64,000 nucleotides of DNA from Candidatus Nomurabacteria bacterium (GTDB lineage: Bacteria; Patescibacteriota; Minisyncoccia; Phycocordibacterales; UBA2100). The notes under the pieces were generated by a model. That model saw only the letters and a program-made list of their open reading frames with translations, was not told the DNA's origin and did not search any database. Below, one piece after another: positions 27,301 to 36,769 of the stretch. The stretch covers positions 8,546 through 72,545 of the forward strand of contig CALRFU010000004.1 in the NCBI GenBank assembly GCA_943356775.1. The letters run 5' to 3'. Numbering within the stretch: the stretch's first letter is position 1; each line of letters begins with the position of its first letter. A program made the translations under genes and the position numbers.

Positions 27301-27369
27301 GCCGATGCGGAAAGCACCCCCGCGAAGAAGAGGCGTGGTCTTCTCGATGATTTCTATGAAATCCGTTAG
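24355..27369 (+). CDS. pcrA: PcrA/UvrD helicase containing an intein
   Basis: AGAGAGKT, TFTNKAA, DEYQD, LEQNYRST, TVHAAKGLEF, EERRLFYVALTRA. Confidence 0.96.
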   Translation: MKYLEGLNTAQKEAVLHVDGPLLIVAGAGAGKTKTIVHRIAHLIEENIPASSILAVTFTNKAAGEMRDRVRSLLEGKRGGLPLVATFHSLGVRLLREFHEAAGIPRGFSIWDRDDSLRAVKAELKRLDTDEWTPRQILGAISREKGGGKTLAEYRERASSRREQAVAQLWERYEQALKEEDGLDFDDLLVRTLSLVRESPQILSLLQNRWRYIIVDEYQDTSSVQYELMKLLSGERANMCVVGDLDQCLVAGTEITMADGSKKPIEFVRKGDSILSNYGGGRMRAARVTRSRSRFFSDDLVALTFKSGKRLVSTPKHMHFAGYKLGIVPQTYFTYLMHKRQVGWRMGVSQVYTKGQRAPMVGFQQRCNHEHADKVWIIGTHTSVNEARILEYTLSLEYRIPTLPFVARKGISKNGYVHDQQSIFSIFKYFDTETSARALLKARDLSYEYPHHRAQATTGGRRNIIITLCGSERKSTAMHRISLAASDPMDKQALESIGLRVRPAKRGSQNWRFETAYKDYGVLREIVRKIQAVLPHAEVVETARLGGNKKRPKDGNSLPYLPAASIMPGMAMFDGKSNHAIVEKVERIPTKNIRVYDLDIEGTHNFIANDIITHNCIYTWRQAEIENLLSFERVFPNVKVVRLEQNYRSTRTIIAAANAVIEKNTNRIPKTLFSENETGDPITMHGALDERYEAWFVAEQAAALIDKGVPAHEIAVLYRENSQSRVLEEALLHAGLPYRVLGTRFFERKEVKDVLSYLRAAVNPKGKGDLMRIVGVPPRGIGKVTLEKMFAGQPLGAAGSKVAAFRETLEKIRHAVNTLPTSEAVRFCIEASGIQKMYGGKTEEDAEHLGNVRELANLAAKYESDEPPAGIERLLEEAALQSEQDELTINQGKSGISLMTVHAAKGLEFDAVFVVGLEQGLFPSIRNDDSRDPEEERRLFYVALTRARKHLFLSYAYERTKYGTRESALPSEFLSDIDVRLLADAESTPAKKRRGLLDDFYEIR
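25096..26199 (+). mobile_element. Intein (368 aa) in helicase motif III
   Basis: GDLDQ|CLVAGTEITMADG ... STPKH (block B) ... VYDLDIEGTHNFIANDIITHN|CIYTWR. Confidence 0.96.
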
Positions 27370-28150
27370 AAAAGGAGCCAGACTTGGACAACACTTCCTC
27401 ACGGGGACATGGGCGGCTCACGCGCTGGCCGAGTCGGTACACGTATCTCCCGGCGAAACAATCCTTGAAATCGGGCCGGGTAAAGGTGCGCTCACCCGTG
27501 AACTTCTTACGACAGGCGGGCACGTGCTTGCCATAGAAAAAGATGAGGGGCTTGCGAACGGTCTCCTGGAAACTTTTGTGGGAGAAATAGCGTCGGGCGC
27601 GCTGCGCGTCGTCGCGGCCGACATTCGCGACTTTGCACCGAGAGAGTACGGTCTCGTGGCAGGGGAATACGTTCTCGCGGCAAATATTCCGTACTACATT
27701 ACCGGAGAGATCATCAGACAATTTCTGGAAACGGCATCCGCGCCGCGTGCAATGGCGCTCCTGATACAAAAAGAGGTCGCGGACCGCATCATCGCGCGGA
27801 ACGGCAAGGAGTCGATTCTCTCGCTCTCGGTCAAGGCATACGGAAACCCTTCTATAATCGCAAAAGTATCGCGAGGGAATTTCTCGCCGCCTCCTTCGGT
27901 GGATTCCGCAATACTGCTCGTAGAGGATATTTCCAAGAAATTCTTCGATGGATTTGAAGAGAAAATGTTTTTTAAAGTCGTAAAAGCGGGATTCGCCTCG
28001 AAGCGGAAATTCCTCGCGAATAATCTCGCGGTTGTTTTTGAAAAAGATTCGGTTCTGCATGCACTCGAAACGTGCGGCCTTTCAACAAAGGTGCGCGCGG
28101 AAGATGTGCCGCTTTTGAAGTGGGGAGCGCTTACACACAAATTGTCCTAG
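27356..28150 (+). CDS. rsmA: 16S rRNA dimethyltransferase RsmA/KsgA
   Basis: LGQHFL, EIGPGKG, ANIPYYIT, QKEVA, F.PPP.VDS. Confidence 0.96.
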   Translation: MKSVRKGARLGQHFLTGTWAAHALAESVHVSPGETILEIGPGKGALTRELLTTGGHVLAIEKDEGLANGLLETFVGEIASGALRVVAADIRDFAPREYGLVAGEYVLAANIPYYITGEIIRQFLETASAPRAMALLIQKEVADRIIARNGKESILSLSVKAYGNPSIIAKVSRGNFSPPPSVDSAILLVEDISKKFFDGFEEKMFFKVVKAGFASKRKFLANNLAVVFEKDSVLHALETCGLSTKVRAEDVPLLKWGALTHKLS

Positions 28151-28191
28151 TCGCCGCACGCCCCACCCGTTGGATGCCGTATACTATCCGT

Positions 28192-28506
28192 ATGCGGATT
28201 GCGTCTTTTATTTCCGGACTGCTCCTCCTTGCCTCACCTGCGTTTGCCTTCGCCTTTCCTTTCGGCGGACAAGCCGGTATCGTTATCCCTTGTTACAATC
28301 AGGCCATTTACGCGAACTTAGGTCCTCCGCGCGGTGGTCCGTACGTATGGACGCCATCGACAAAGACATACCAATTCGGCCCTCCAACTCATGCGGGGCA
28401 ATGGCTCCTCGGCCTTGCGAGCGCACCCTACTACTGCATCGTTTCAAACCAGCCCGTCATCGTCTGGCCGGGCACATACATTACGATGATGGGCTCGAGT
28501 CAGTAA
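28192..28506 (+). CDS. Small secreted hypothetical protein
   Basis: Signal peptide ending AFA; two Cys; TATACT 6 nt upstream. Confidence 0.75.
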   Translation: MRIASFISGLLLLASPAFAFAFPFGGQAGIVIPCYNQAIYANLGPPRGGPYVWTPSTKTYQFGPPTHAGQWLLGLASAPYYCIVSNQPVIVWPGTYITMMGSSQ

Positions 28507-28507
28507 T

Positions 28508-29395
28508 ATGGAATGGGCCCGCACACATCCGTATACCGCCGCACTGTGCGCAGCGGGAATTCTCGTTCTCATGGGAGTATTCATCGTGGCGAGCCGGGCT
28601 GCACAACCGGCAGGGACACGCGCGACCACATGGGGAGGAGAGGCCGCACCCCTTTTGAATCCGACCTCGAACAATAATCCTCAAGCCACACCGGGCGGCA
28701 TGCCAACCACACAGCCGGTACAAGACGGTCCGCCGTATACCTATATTGCGCCGAGCTTCTCGACCTCTCCGTCTTCTGAAGAAGAGAGTTCGTATGACTT
28801 TGCCGCTTTCATAACGAAACTCACGAAGGAATCCTCCTCGAAAGGGCAACCCGAGGCGCCCGCCGACGATTCCCTCCTCAGCGCCTATGCATACATTCCT
28901 CGTGGACTCATGAGCACTACTTCCATCTCACGCCCACAGAGGACAGCGCTCCAACAAGAGCTCTATGACTACGGCAATGATATCGGTTCGACGATTGAAT
29001 CGCATGAACAGCAACACTCAAATACGATTCAAATACTAAAAGGGCAAGTCGAAGACCGCACAAACCCTGAAAAGGCGGCTGCCGTCGTGCGAATAGGACG
29101 CGACCTACAGGAGCTAGGGGAGAGTCTGGCCGCTATGGAGACGGTACCGTCAACCATCTCTTCCACGCACGATGCCCTCGCACGAAGCTACATCGAAATC
29201 GGAAAAAATCTTGCGCTCATACCAAGCGCCGAGCGCGATAGCGACTTTATTGCAGCTATTCAGACCTACAACTCATCCGCAGACACGTTTACAAGAAACT
29301 ACATCCAGCTTGTGTCACTCTTCGGGGCGCACGGCGTAACGTTCGCCGCAAGTGATTCGGGAAAAGTCTTCTCTTTTAGTCCGACCGGGTTTTAG
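28508..29395 (+). CDS. Membrane-anchored hypothetical protein
   Basis: N-terminal TM, helical C-terminus, operon spacing. Confidence 0.8.
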   Translation: MEWARTHPYTAALCAAGILVLMGVFIVASRAAQPAGTRATTWGGEAAPLLNPTSNNNPQATPGGMPTTQPVQDGPPYTYIAPSFSTSPSSEEESSYDFAAFITKLTKESSSKGQPEAPADDSLLSAYAYIPRGLMSTTSISRPQRTALQQELYDYGNDIGSTIESHEQQHSNTIQILKGQVEDRTNPEKAAAVVRIGRDLQELGESLAAMETVPSTISSTHDALARSYIEIGKNLALIPSAERDSDFIAAIQTYNSSADTFTRNYIQLVSLFGAHGVTFAASDSGKVFSFSPTGF

Positions 29396-29476
29396 AGAGC
29401 CTCTGCAAATACCCAAATCCACTAAACCCCTTCAGACGTGAGCGCCTCGCTCTCTTCCGTGCGTTATACTAATCGT

Positions 29477-30328
29477 GTGGAAATAGAACGCGCGTACAAA
29501 AGCGGGCGTGTTTGTCCTACTTTCGTAGGCAGGCATTCTACCGTCTCTCTCACACAGCATGGTTTCTCTCATATCTTTATTACTGCAGCCGTATCTCTCG
29601 TCGTTCTCGTCGGCGTAGTGGGCTGGCAAATCAACAGTTTCGTGCGCGACCGCAGCGACGCGACATCGTACATTGCCACGTCCGATTCGCTCGACTCTGA
29701 CGCCGCGAACACAGACCCTTTAGCTGACAGCTCTCTCTTTGGTATAGATCCTGGCACCACACCAATTGGCTCTGCAGTGCTGGACAGTGTCGTAGAAAAA
29801 TACTTATCTCTGCAGTCACAAGGTCTTTACACACCCGAGGTAGGAGAGAAAGCTGCAGAAAAGATGGCGGAGGGCCTCACTGCTCCCACAGAGCATCGAA
29901 CCTACGCTGCCGCAGATATCCAGACGAGCGCCGATACATCCTACGCACGCATGATTACGTATCGAACCGACTTGCAACTCTCCCTCATGCCTCTCCTTAA
30001 AAATACCGAGCCTGAATATGAGGTTTTCGCATACTACGTAAGCACACGAGATAAAAAACACCTCGAGAAACTCAAGGCTGCCGCACAAAATTACCGTGCC
30101 GCAGCACAGGCGACCGCACACGTCGTCCCGCCGAAGGACGCGCTCTCTCAGCATGTTGGCATTCTGAACGCGCTCGAAGCATTCGCTGCAGCGCTCGATG
30201 CATTGGCCGTAAACGCAGAGGACCCATTCGCTTCCGTGGTCGTTCTCCGCGGATACAACCAAGCTGAGACCGGTGTCCTCACCTCGTTCGCATCTCTTGC
30301 TAAGTACTACCGAGAGAAACAATCATGA
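29477..30328 (+). CDS. Membrane-anchored hypothetical protein with prepilin-like G|F motif
   Basis: QHG|FSHIFITAAVSLVVLVGVV; GTG start 6 nt after TATACT. Confidence 0.75.
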   Translation: MEIERAYKSGRVCPTFVGRHSTVSLTQHGFSHIFITAAVSLVVLVGVVGWQINSFVRDRSDATSYIATSDSLDSDAANTDPLADSSLFGIDPGTTPIGSAVLDSVVEKYLSLQSQGLYTPEVGEKAAEKMAEGLTAPTEHRTYAAADIQTSADTSYARMITYRTDLQLSLMPLLKNTEPEYEVFAYYVSTRDKKHLEKLKAAAQNYRAAAQATAHVVPPKDALSQHVGILNALEAFAAALDALAVNAEDPFASVVVLRGYNQAETGVLTSFASLAKYYREKQS

Positions 30329-32487
30329 GTATGAAACGCTCCCTCTTTGCCATTCTACTGTTCAGTGCGCTCGGTATAGTACCGCTTGTTACTCTCGCTC
30401 AGACTGACATGACAGCACCGACCTCTCCCACGAATCTGCGCGCATCAGCCGTCTCCTCCTCTGCGATTCTTCTAACTTGGAACGCTTCTACGGATGCGAG
30501 CGGGGTACAGGGCTACAAAATATACCGAGCGACTGCTCCAAGTACGACCACCGTACAGGTCGCGACATCGACCACCCTCTCATTCCAAAATTCAGGTCTC
30601 GCCCCTGCGACAAATTACATCTATAGTGTCGCTGCGTACGATACGGCTGGCAATACATCCGCGAAGTCTACGCCCGCATCGACCGCAACGCAGGCGAGTA
30701 CAGGAACTTCGGGGGGAACGGGCTCGACTGGAACGGGGAGCACTGGGGGGACGGGGACAACCGGCACAGGGAGCACGGGTACTGGGAGCACGGGTACTGG
30801 GAGTACGGGTACTGGGAGCACGGGCGGCACAGGAACGGGGAGCGGAACGCCCCCCGCCAGTCTTGACCTTCAGCGACAAGGAATTTTCGATTGTAATCAA
30901 AACGGGGCATACGCAATGAGTGTCGGGGCACTCGGTGCGACGGGCGGCGTGTATGTACCGGTTGCGGACTCGACGGTTGAGCTAAATACCGGCACGCTTG
31001 TCTACAAAGAGTGCGTCTTGAGAGAGGTCGTAAACCGAGAGCGCGAAGCCGCGACTGCTGGTCTCGGAAGAACGGCGATAAGCGCAATCCAAACTGGTCG
31101 CAACGGCTCACCCCAGTATGTGGTAGACCAAGACATGGAGATCCTGCTTGGAGCGAATGACCCTGCCTTTCTTGCTTTCCTGCGAGATGATGCGCTATGG
31201 CAAAATGTGCACCCCGCCATTCGAAATCCCCTCAAGCGCGCTGCGGTACGAGCGTACGAAGCCAAGACTGGTGCTCCCGGAGCAATGATTGCTTGTCCCT
31301 ACAAGGGCGACCTTGAAGCGTTCCGAACCGGCAAAACCAGATTTTCAATAGCGACTTTCCTTGAGGCTACCGCTCCTCAGTGCGACCCGGTAATCGCAGC
31401 TGCTCTCCTCGAGGAGATTAGCAACGCGCGCATCGCGAAGTGCACCCAGTATATACGCGACCAATGGGACTGGGGAGGCGGGTACTACGCAAAGACAGAC
31501 GATCCAAACAACCCTTGCTCGGCGAAAATCCTGACCCCCGCCTCAACCATCCAGCAATCGTTCCAGACTATTATCGACAGCCCCGTGCGCCAGCTTGAAA
31601 GCGCCAACGACATCGGACAAATGATAAACGCCCTGTATGCAGGCTTGACGACGCAGATAATCTCGGACAACAAGGGTCTCGCTGGGCTCACCCAATCCAT
31701 CGCTGGTCAGCCGCGGTACATAGACAGAGTGGTGCAGGAGGCAGCTCAAGGACTCCGCAATGCCGCGACCAACGTTGCCATACAAAATCTCCAGGTCGCA
31801 CAGCGCATAGAGGCTCTGTACTTACAGACGGTAAATGCGATGGGGGCGGCACTCACGACGGCAATACAACAGTTGCGCAGCGCGGAGAAACAGTGTTGGG
31901 ACCTCATCGTCTACCAGAATGACGGAAAGCCCGAGCGGCATGTGTGTGCGGGTCCGCTTGCCGCCGACAAGACATGTACTTCATATGTGGGAGGGTGTAC
32001 GACTGACACTCAAACAGGTACGCAAACATGTCCCGCCGGCGCTGTTCTCCAGGTCTCCACCTCCACCGCATTTTCACAATCGGTTATCACACGAAGTATT
32101 CAACCGCTCGCAACCACAACCTTGGCGCGTATCGAATCGTCGCAAAACGCGCTTAATCTGATTGGTAGATTGATCGAGGGCGTCACGGGCTCTTCACTCG
32201 ACGCCCAGCGCCTTGCAATCGTGCAGCTCAATTCGCTCGTCGCTCAAAAATTGCTCCACATCCAGCCCGACCTCGACGGACCAAATGGCGTCATCAAACA
32301 ATTGGATAATATACAGACAGCAATACTGGGTAGCGAGGGGCTGGTCGTGACGACAATCAAGGCGTGGGCTGACTCAACAAATATCCCCCCAGGATGGTGC
32401 AACGTGAACAATCCGGCGGTCCTCGAGGCATGGAAAAAATGTTGGAATAAAAATAATCCAGACCGCTCCGCCTGCCCTACACCATGA
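30325..32487 (+). CDS. Secreted protein: FN3 domain, Gly/Thr/Ser linker, Cys-rich body
   Basis: APTSPTNL...LTWNASTD...GYKIYR...Y.Y.VAAYD.AGN.S FN3 pattern. Confidence 0.85.
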   Translation: MSMKRSLFAILLFSALGIVPLVTLAQTDMTAPTSPTNLRASAVSSSAILLTWNASTDASGVQGYKIYRATAPSTTTVQVATSTTLSFQNSGLAPATNYIYSVAAYDTAGNTSAKSTPASTATQASTGTSGGTGSTGTGSTGGTGTTGTGSTGTGSTGTGSTGTGSTGGTGTGSGTPPASLDLQRQGIFDCNQNGAYAMSVGALGATGGVYVPVADSTVELNTGTLVYKECVLREVVNREREAATAGLGRTAISAIQTGRNGSPQYVVDQDMEILLGANDPAFLAFLRDDALWQNVHPAIRNPLKRAAVRAYEAKTGAPGAMIACPYKGDLEAFRTGKTRFSIATFLEATAPQCDPVIAAALLEEISNARIAKCTQYIRDQWDWGGGYYAKTDDPNNPCSAKILTPASTIQQSFQTIIDSPVRQLESANDIGQMINALYAGLTTQIISDNKGLAGLTQSIAGQPRYIDRVVQEAAQGLRNAATNVAIQNLQVAQRIEALYLQTVNAMGAALTTAIQQLRSAEKQCWDLIVYQNDGKPERHVCAGPLAADKTCTSYVGGCTTDTQTGTQTCPAGAVLQVSTSTAFSQSVITRSIQPLATTTLARIESSQNALNLIGRLIEGVTGSSLDAQRLAIVQLNSLVAQKLLHIQPDLDGPNGVIKQLDNIQTAILGSEGLVVTTIKAWADSTNIPPGWCNVNNPAVLEAWKKCWNKNNPDRSACPTP
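30769..30825 (+). repeat. 15-bp tandem repeat, ~3.8 copies (GSTGT)
   Basis: GGGAGYACGGGTACT units. Confidence 0.9.
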
Positions 32488-34964
32488 GTATGTCAACTCG
32501 AAATAACCACGTGCATATCCTAGTGTCTATCATCTTAGTAGGCATGCTGTTACCAGTCTTCGTTGAGGCAATGACAGCGGATGCGTATCTAAGCCTTGTC
32601 GCCACGCAGAGACAACAAAATAAGCAGCGCCCCCTGAACACGGCAGAAACAAACGCAACCGTGACCGCATGGAATTCACTCTCAGAAAATCAACGACTCT
32701 ATGTAGAAAATCGAATAGCGGCAATACAAGCAAACATTGCCCGATACGGCGGCAATCTTCCCATCGGAGCTGCCATAGGAGTGATTGGTAACGGATACGA
32801 TCAGTTGCCACCTAACGAACAGGGAATACTTACTAAAGATGCGAAGGAAGAGGCTGCAAACCCGCAAAAGAGATCGTCCGCATCATGGTGCTCTGGCATT
32901 GTGGACTGTCTAATGCTGATACCAAGTGCGATAGGAAAGGCTATTTTTACACTCCTTGGCGGATTTCTACTTGAACTAAGTAGGGTGATTCTCGGGATCG
33001 CGGGGCTTTTGTTCAATCTATTGATCGAGAAGACCATCATACAATTTGGCACCTTCTACGGGGATATGAAACCCGCGGTCGAGCAAGCCTGGACAGCGTT
33101 TCGCGATATCGCGAATATTCTCATTATTGGAATCTTTACGTTTATCGCAATCTCCATCATTCTCGGACTCAAAGAGTACGGTCAAAAGAAAATGATTGCG
33201 AACGTCCTCATCATCGCAGTGATGATAAATTTCAGTCTGCTGTTTGCAAAAATGATAATCGATGCGTCGAATTACACTGCCGCGCAGATATACACCGCCG
33301 CCGCTCTTGGGGGGACAGGAGGGACAACGGGCGGAACAGCAGGTGCTGCCTCGACACAAACGACCTACGGAATAGCCGACCAGTACATGAACCTGCTTGG
33401 AGTCGGATCGGTGGGTGGGTCCTTTAATGTTCTGTGGGATGTGCCCGGCGCTTGGGCCACCCTTAGTCACAGCATTTTTATGACGATGATTCTGCTGGGC
33501 GCCGCCTTGGTACTTTTTTATGGATGTTTTCTTCTCGCATCACGCATGATTATGCTCATATTCCTTATGGTAACCGCATCAATCGCATTCGCGAGTTATC
33601 TTATTCCTAAGTGGGCAGGAAGCTCTTACGGATGGAGCGCCTGGTGGAGCTCACTCCTCTGGTGCGCGGCGCTCGCACCGATACTCATGTTCTTTCTCTG
33701 GATGACACTCAACGTCTCGTACGCCCTCAAGGGGACTTCGAGCCCAAATTTAAGCGCCGCACTTTCGAACCCCTCGGTTTCGACCATCGGCTTTCTCCTC
33801 AATTACCTTCTTATCCTCGGTCTTCTCTTCGGCACATTCAAGATCTCGAGCATGGCGGCAAACAAGATCGGCGGATTTAGCTTCGCGCAAATGGCAACCG
33901 CGCTTCCGCTCACCATGGGTTCTCGATTCCTTGTAGGAGGCCTGGGGCGATTAGCTGTAGGAGCTCCTGCGTATTTTAAAGGGAAAAGTTTGACCAAGGA
34001 GGCTCGTGGTTTACGCAATGAGGCAGCGCAGGCTGAATTAGCAGCAAAGAGACACGAAAGTTTCGGGAATCTTGGATTGGCGGATCAGGCGCGAGCAGAG
34101 GCGAAGAGAAAGCGAGACGAGGCTGCCGGAAAGATACAGCGAGCCGGTCTTATGGGTACACTTGCCAGTAGTAAGTTTAACGTGATGGATACTGCGGGAG
34201 CTAAAGCCGTTATGGGCGCTGTTGGAGTAAAAGGTTTCGCAGCAGGGGCATCATCTAAAATGATGTTCGAAAAAGGTATCGCAGACCGAGTTGAAACACG
34301 GGCTAAGGCGGCAGAAAAAATGGCGGCAAAGATGGCCCCCTCGACAGAGCAAAACGACGATGCTGAGAACGAAGCGCGGCGTGTTGTTCGCGAACAGAGG
34401 CAGGTGGCACTGGCCCAGCTTGAAGCAACGAGAGATGCTACAAAGACAACTGAGCAGCTCGAACAGAAATTGACTACAGCAAATCAAGACGCTAAGACAG
34501 TTGAGGATACGGCTTCGAAGGAAAAGGCGCGTATCCAAACCGACCCAACGATAGGACAGCAACGGCGACAGGGGCTAATGAAGGCGGAAGACGATAAGAT
34601 CGAGAGAGCTGCCGCGACCGTACAGGCGGTACAAAACAGGATTAACTTCTTAGATAAGCCCGCAAAAGATCATGACGCGGAAACGGAGCGGCTCGCGAAA
34701 AAGGCAGGCGATGACATCGTTGGGGCTATGCGGGACAGCGCCATTGACATTGCCGAACGAATTGGAGAAAAACAAGGAGATATTTTTACGCGCGCATTTG
34801 GAACCCTCAATAGAGAAAATAAAGCTGTTGCCGACGAGACAAAAGATATGTACAAGAAAAAAGTAAAAACTGCGAGGTTCCGAGATGCAATAAAGTTGAC
34901 TCAAGATGAGGATGGAGGGGGTGCCGCACCAGCGGCCGCCGCGCCGACAACCCCCCATCCGTAG
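32484..34964 (+). CDS. VirB6/TrbL-like polytopic membrane protein with coiled-coil tail
   Basis: W..FRDIANI..I, A.MINFSL.F.K.IID.SN; several TMs; T4SS-like context. Confidence 0.7.
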   Translation: MSMSTRNNHVHILVSIILVGMLLPVFVEAMTADAYLSLVATQRQQNKQRPLNTAETNATVTAWNSLSENQRLYVENRIAAIQANIARYGGNLPIGAAIGVIGNGYDQLPPNEQGILTKDAKEEAANPQKRSSASWCSGIVDCLMLIPSAIGKAIFTLLGGFLLELSRVILGIAGLLFNLLIEKTIIQFGTFYGDMKPAVEQAWTAFRDIANILIIGIFTFIAISIILGLKEYGQKKMIANVLIIAVMINFSLLFAKMIIDASNYTAAQIYTAAALGGTGGTTGGTAGAASTQTTYGIADQYMNLLGVGSVGGSFNVLWDVPGAWATLSHSIFMTMILLGAALVLFYGCFLLASRMIMLIFLMVTASIAFASYLIPKWAGSSYGWSAWWSSLLWCAALAPILMFFLWMTLNVSYALKGTSSPNLSAALSNPSVSTIGFLLNYLLILGLLFGTFKISSMAANKIGGFSFAQMATALPLTMGSRFLVGGLGRLAVGAPAYFKGKSLTKEARGLRNEAAQAELAAKRHESFGNLGLADQARAEAKRKRDEAAGKIQRAGLMGTLASSKFNVMDTAGAKAVMGAVGVKGFAAGASSKMMFEKGIADRVETRAKAAEKMAAKMAPSTEQNDDAENEARRVVREQRQVALAQLEATRDATKTTEQLEQKLTTANQDAKTVEDTASKEKARIQTDPTIGQQRRQGLMKAEDDKIERAAATVQAVQNRINFLDKPAKDHDAETERLAKKAGDDIVGAMRDSAIDIAERIGEKQGDIFTRAFGTLNRENKAVADETKDMYKKKVKTARFRDAIKLTQDEDGGGAAPAAAAPTTPHP

Positions 34965-34969
34965 AATAT

Positions 34970-35542
34970 ATGGATGCAACAACCTCTCAAGATAAACTGA
35001 ATGAAAAACTCCAGAAGCGCTTTAAAGAGTTGCCGAAGGTCATACAGGATGCTGTTACCTCAGCTGAGGTTGAAAAACAACTCCGCACATTAGCGGACAC
35101 AAACAAACTGCATATCGACCAGTGGCAACTTCTTGAGAATGAAGTCATGCTTACGCTTTTTGGCTTCCAACCGGCAGAAGAGCTCGCCCATCATCTAAAA
35201 ACTGACCTTGATATCTCTACGGAGAAAGCCGAGCAACTTGCAGTTGAGATTTCTCGAATTGTTTTTGAACCTATCCGCGAAGAACTTGAACGCGAACTTG
35301 AGCATCCGGATGCAAAAGCCGCTGCGGTAAGCGACGTAGAGGGAGCACGCACACAAGCGCTCACTGCTGAAGCCGCCTCAATTGCCCCTGTCGTACCCGC
35401 AGTATTGCCGGCGACGCCACCCGCAGATGCACCCACAACAAAAATAGAACGTGCTCCGGTATCCGAATCGTACAAAGCGGGGGAGACGAGTGCGGCGCGC
35501 AAATCGGTTCACGATGATCCGTATCGTGAGATACCCGCGTGA
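34970..35542 (+). CDS. Conserved-looking hypothetical protein
   Basis: LP..IQDA, LHIDQ, C-terminal DPYRE motif. Confidence 0.75.
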   Translation: MDATTSQDKLNEKLQKRFKELPKVIQDAVTSAEVEKQLRTLADTNKLHIDQWQLLENEVMLTLFGFQPAEELAHHLKTDLDISTEKAEQLAVEISRIVFEPIREELERELEHPDAKAAAVSDVEGARTQALTAEAASIAPVVPAVLPATPPADAPTTKIERAPVSESYKAGETSAARKSVHDDPYREIPA

Positions 35543-35583
35543 ATAACGCAGAGTTCGCTCCTCTGCACTGATATACTACAGTC

Positions 35584-36099
35584 ATGCAGTTCCAGGTTCC
35601 TCAATTCATCGAGGTCGAGGATAAAATATTCGGTCCGCTGACCTTCAAACAATTCATCTACGTAGGTGGCGGTCTCGGCGCGTCGTACATTCTCTGGCGC
35701 TTACTGCCTATCTACCTTGCAGGACCTCTGATTGCGGTCGTCGGCGGCACCGCCGCAGGGTTAGCTTTTTTTCAGATCAACGGCAGGCCATTTATTATCG
35801 GTCTCGAGAACGGGTTCTACTTTCTTATACGCAGTAAGCTCTACCTATGGAATAACGCGCGCAAGAAGGGTATTCCTGCCCCGGTCGCACGCGCGCTCGC
35901 AGAGAGCAGGGGTGATGTCTACGTACCCAAGCTTTCCGAAAGTAAGCTGCACGAGCTCTCCTGGAATCTCGATATCAAGGAACGCATCTCTGCGGGAGTC
36001 GCAAATGACGAAGAGCGGCACACAGTCCGGACGGCAGAAAATATCGTAACCCCCATCCGTACGCCACAACAGGCGATGTCATCGCTTTCTTCCCGTTAA
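35584..36099 (+). CDS. PrgI family (VirB3-like) protein
   Basis: MQFQVPQFIEVEDKIFGPLTFKQF, two TMs, NGRPF. Confidence 0.88.
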   Translation: MQFQVPQFIEVEDKIFGPLTFKQFIYVGGGLGASYILWRLLPIYLAGPLIAVVGGTAAGLAFFQINGRPFIIGLENGFYFLIRSKLYLWNNARKKGIPAPVARALAESRGDVYVPKLSESKLHELSWNLDIKERISAGVANDEERHTVRTAENIVTPIRTPQQAMSSLSSR

Positions 36100-36105
36100 T
36101 ACCGT

Positions 36106-36768
36106 ATGCCTACTCAAGAAGACAAAGGGCCACGCGCGAGCGCAAAATCGACACAGGACTTCCTGCCGGTTTCTGAGGTGCGCGATGGCGTCATCGTACT
36201 CAAAGACGGCGGCTTGCGGGCGATACTCCTCGCATCCTCCCTCAACTTCGCCCTCAAGTCCGAAGACGAGCAGACTGCATTCATTATGCAGTTCCAAAAT
36301 TTCCTCAACTCGCTCGATTTTTCCGTGCAGATATTTGTGCAGTCGCGCATGCTCGATATCCGGCCCTATGTTGCCACCCTCGAAGTCGCCTACAAAGAAC
36401 AGCTCGACGACCTTATGCGAATCCAAATCCGCGAATACATCCAATTCGTAAAAAGCTTCACCGAAGCCGCAAACATCATGACCAAAAACTTCTTCCTCGC
36501 GGTTCCGTATTCACCTTCGGTTAACATCAAAAGGGGCGGCGTGCGCTCCATGCTTCCGTTCGGGAAAAAAGATGCGAACACGGAAGAAGCGAACCGCACA
36601 TTCGAAGAGCAGGTTTCCCAGCTCGAACAGCGCGTTTCAATTGTGCAACAAGGCCTCATCCGCACGGGAGTACGCACGGTGCAGCTCGGCACTGAAGAGG
36701 TGATAGAGCTTCTCTACAAGATGTTTAATCCCGGCGAGGAGGGCAAACCAATGCCACTGCAAAAATAA
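36106..36768 (+). CDS. TraC/VirB4 N-terminal-like protein
   Basis: STQDFLPV.EVRDG, NFALKSEDEQ, FLNSLDF.VQI. Confidence 0.75.
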   Translation: MPTQEDKGPRASAKSTQDFLPVSEVRDGVIVLKDGGLRAILLASSLNFALKSEDEQTAFIMQFQNFLNSLDFSVQIFVQSRMLDIRPYVATLEVAYKEQLDDLMRIQIREYIQFVKSFTEAANIMTKNFFLAVPYSPSVNIKRGGVRSMLPFGKKDANTEEANRTFEEQVSQLEQRVSIVQQGLIRTGVRTVQLGTEEVIELLYKMFNPGEEGKPMPLQK

Positions 36769-36769
36769 T

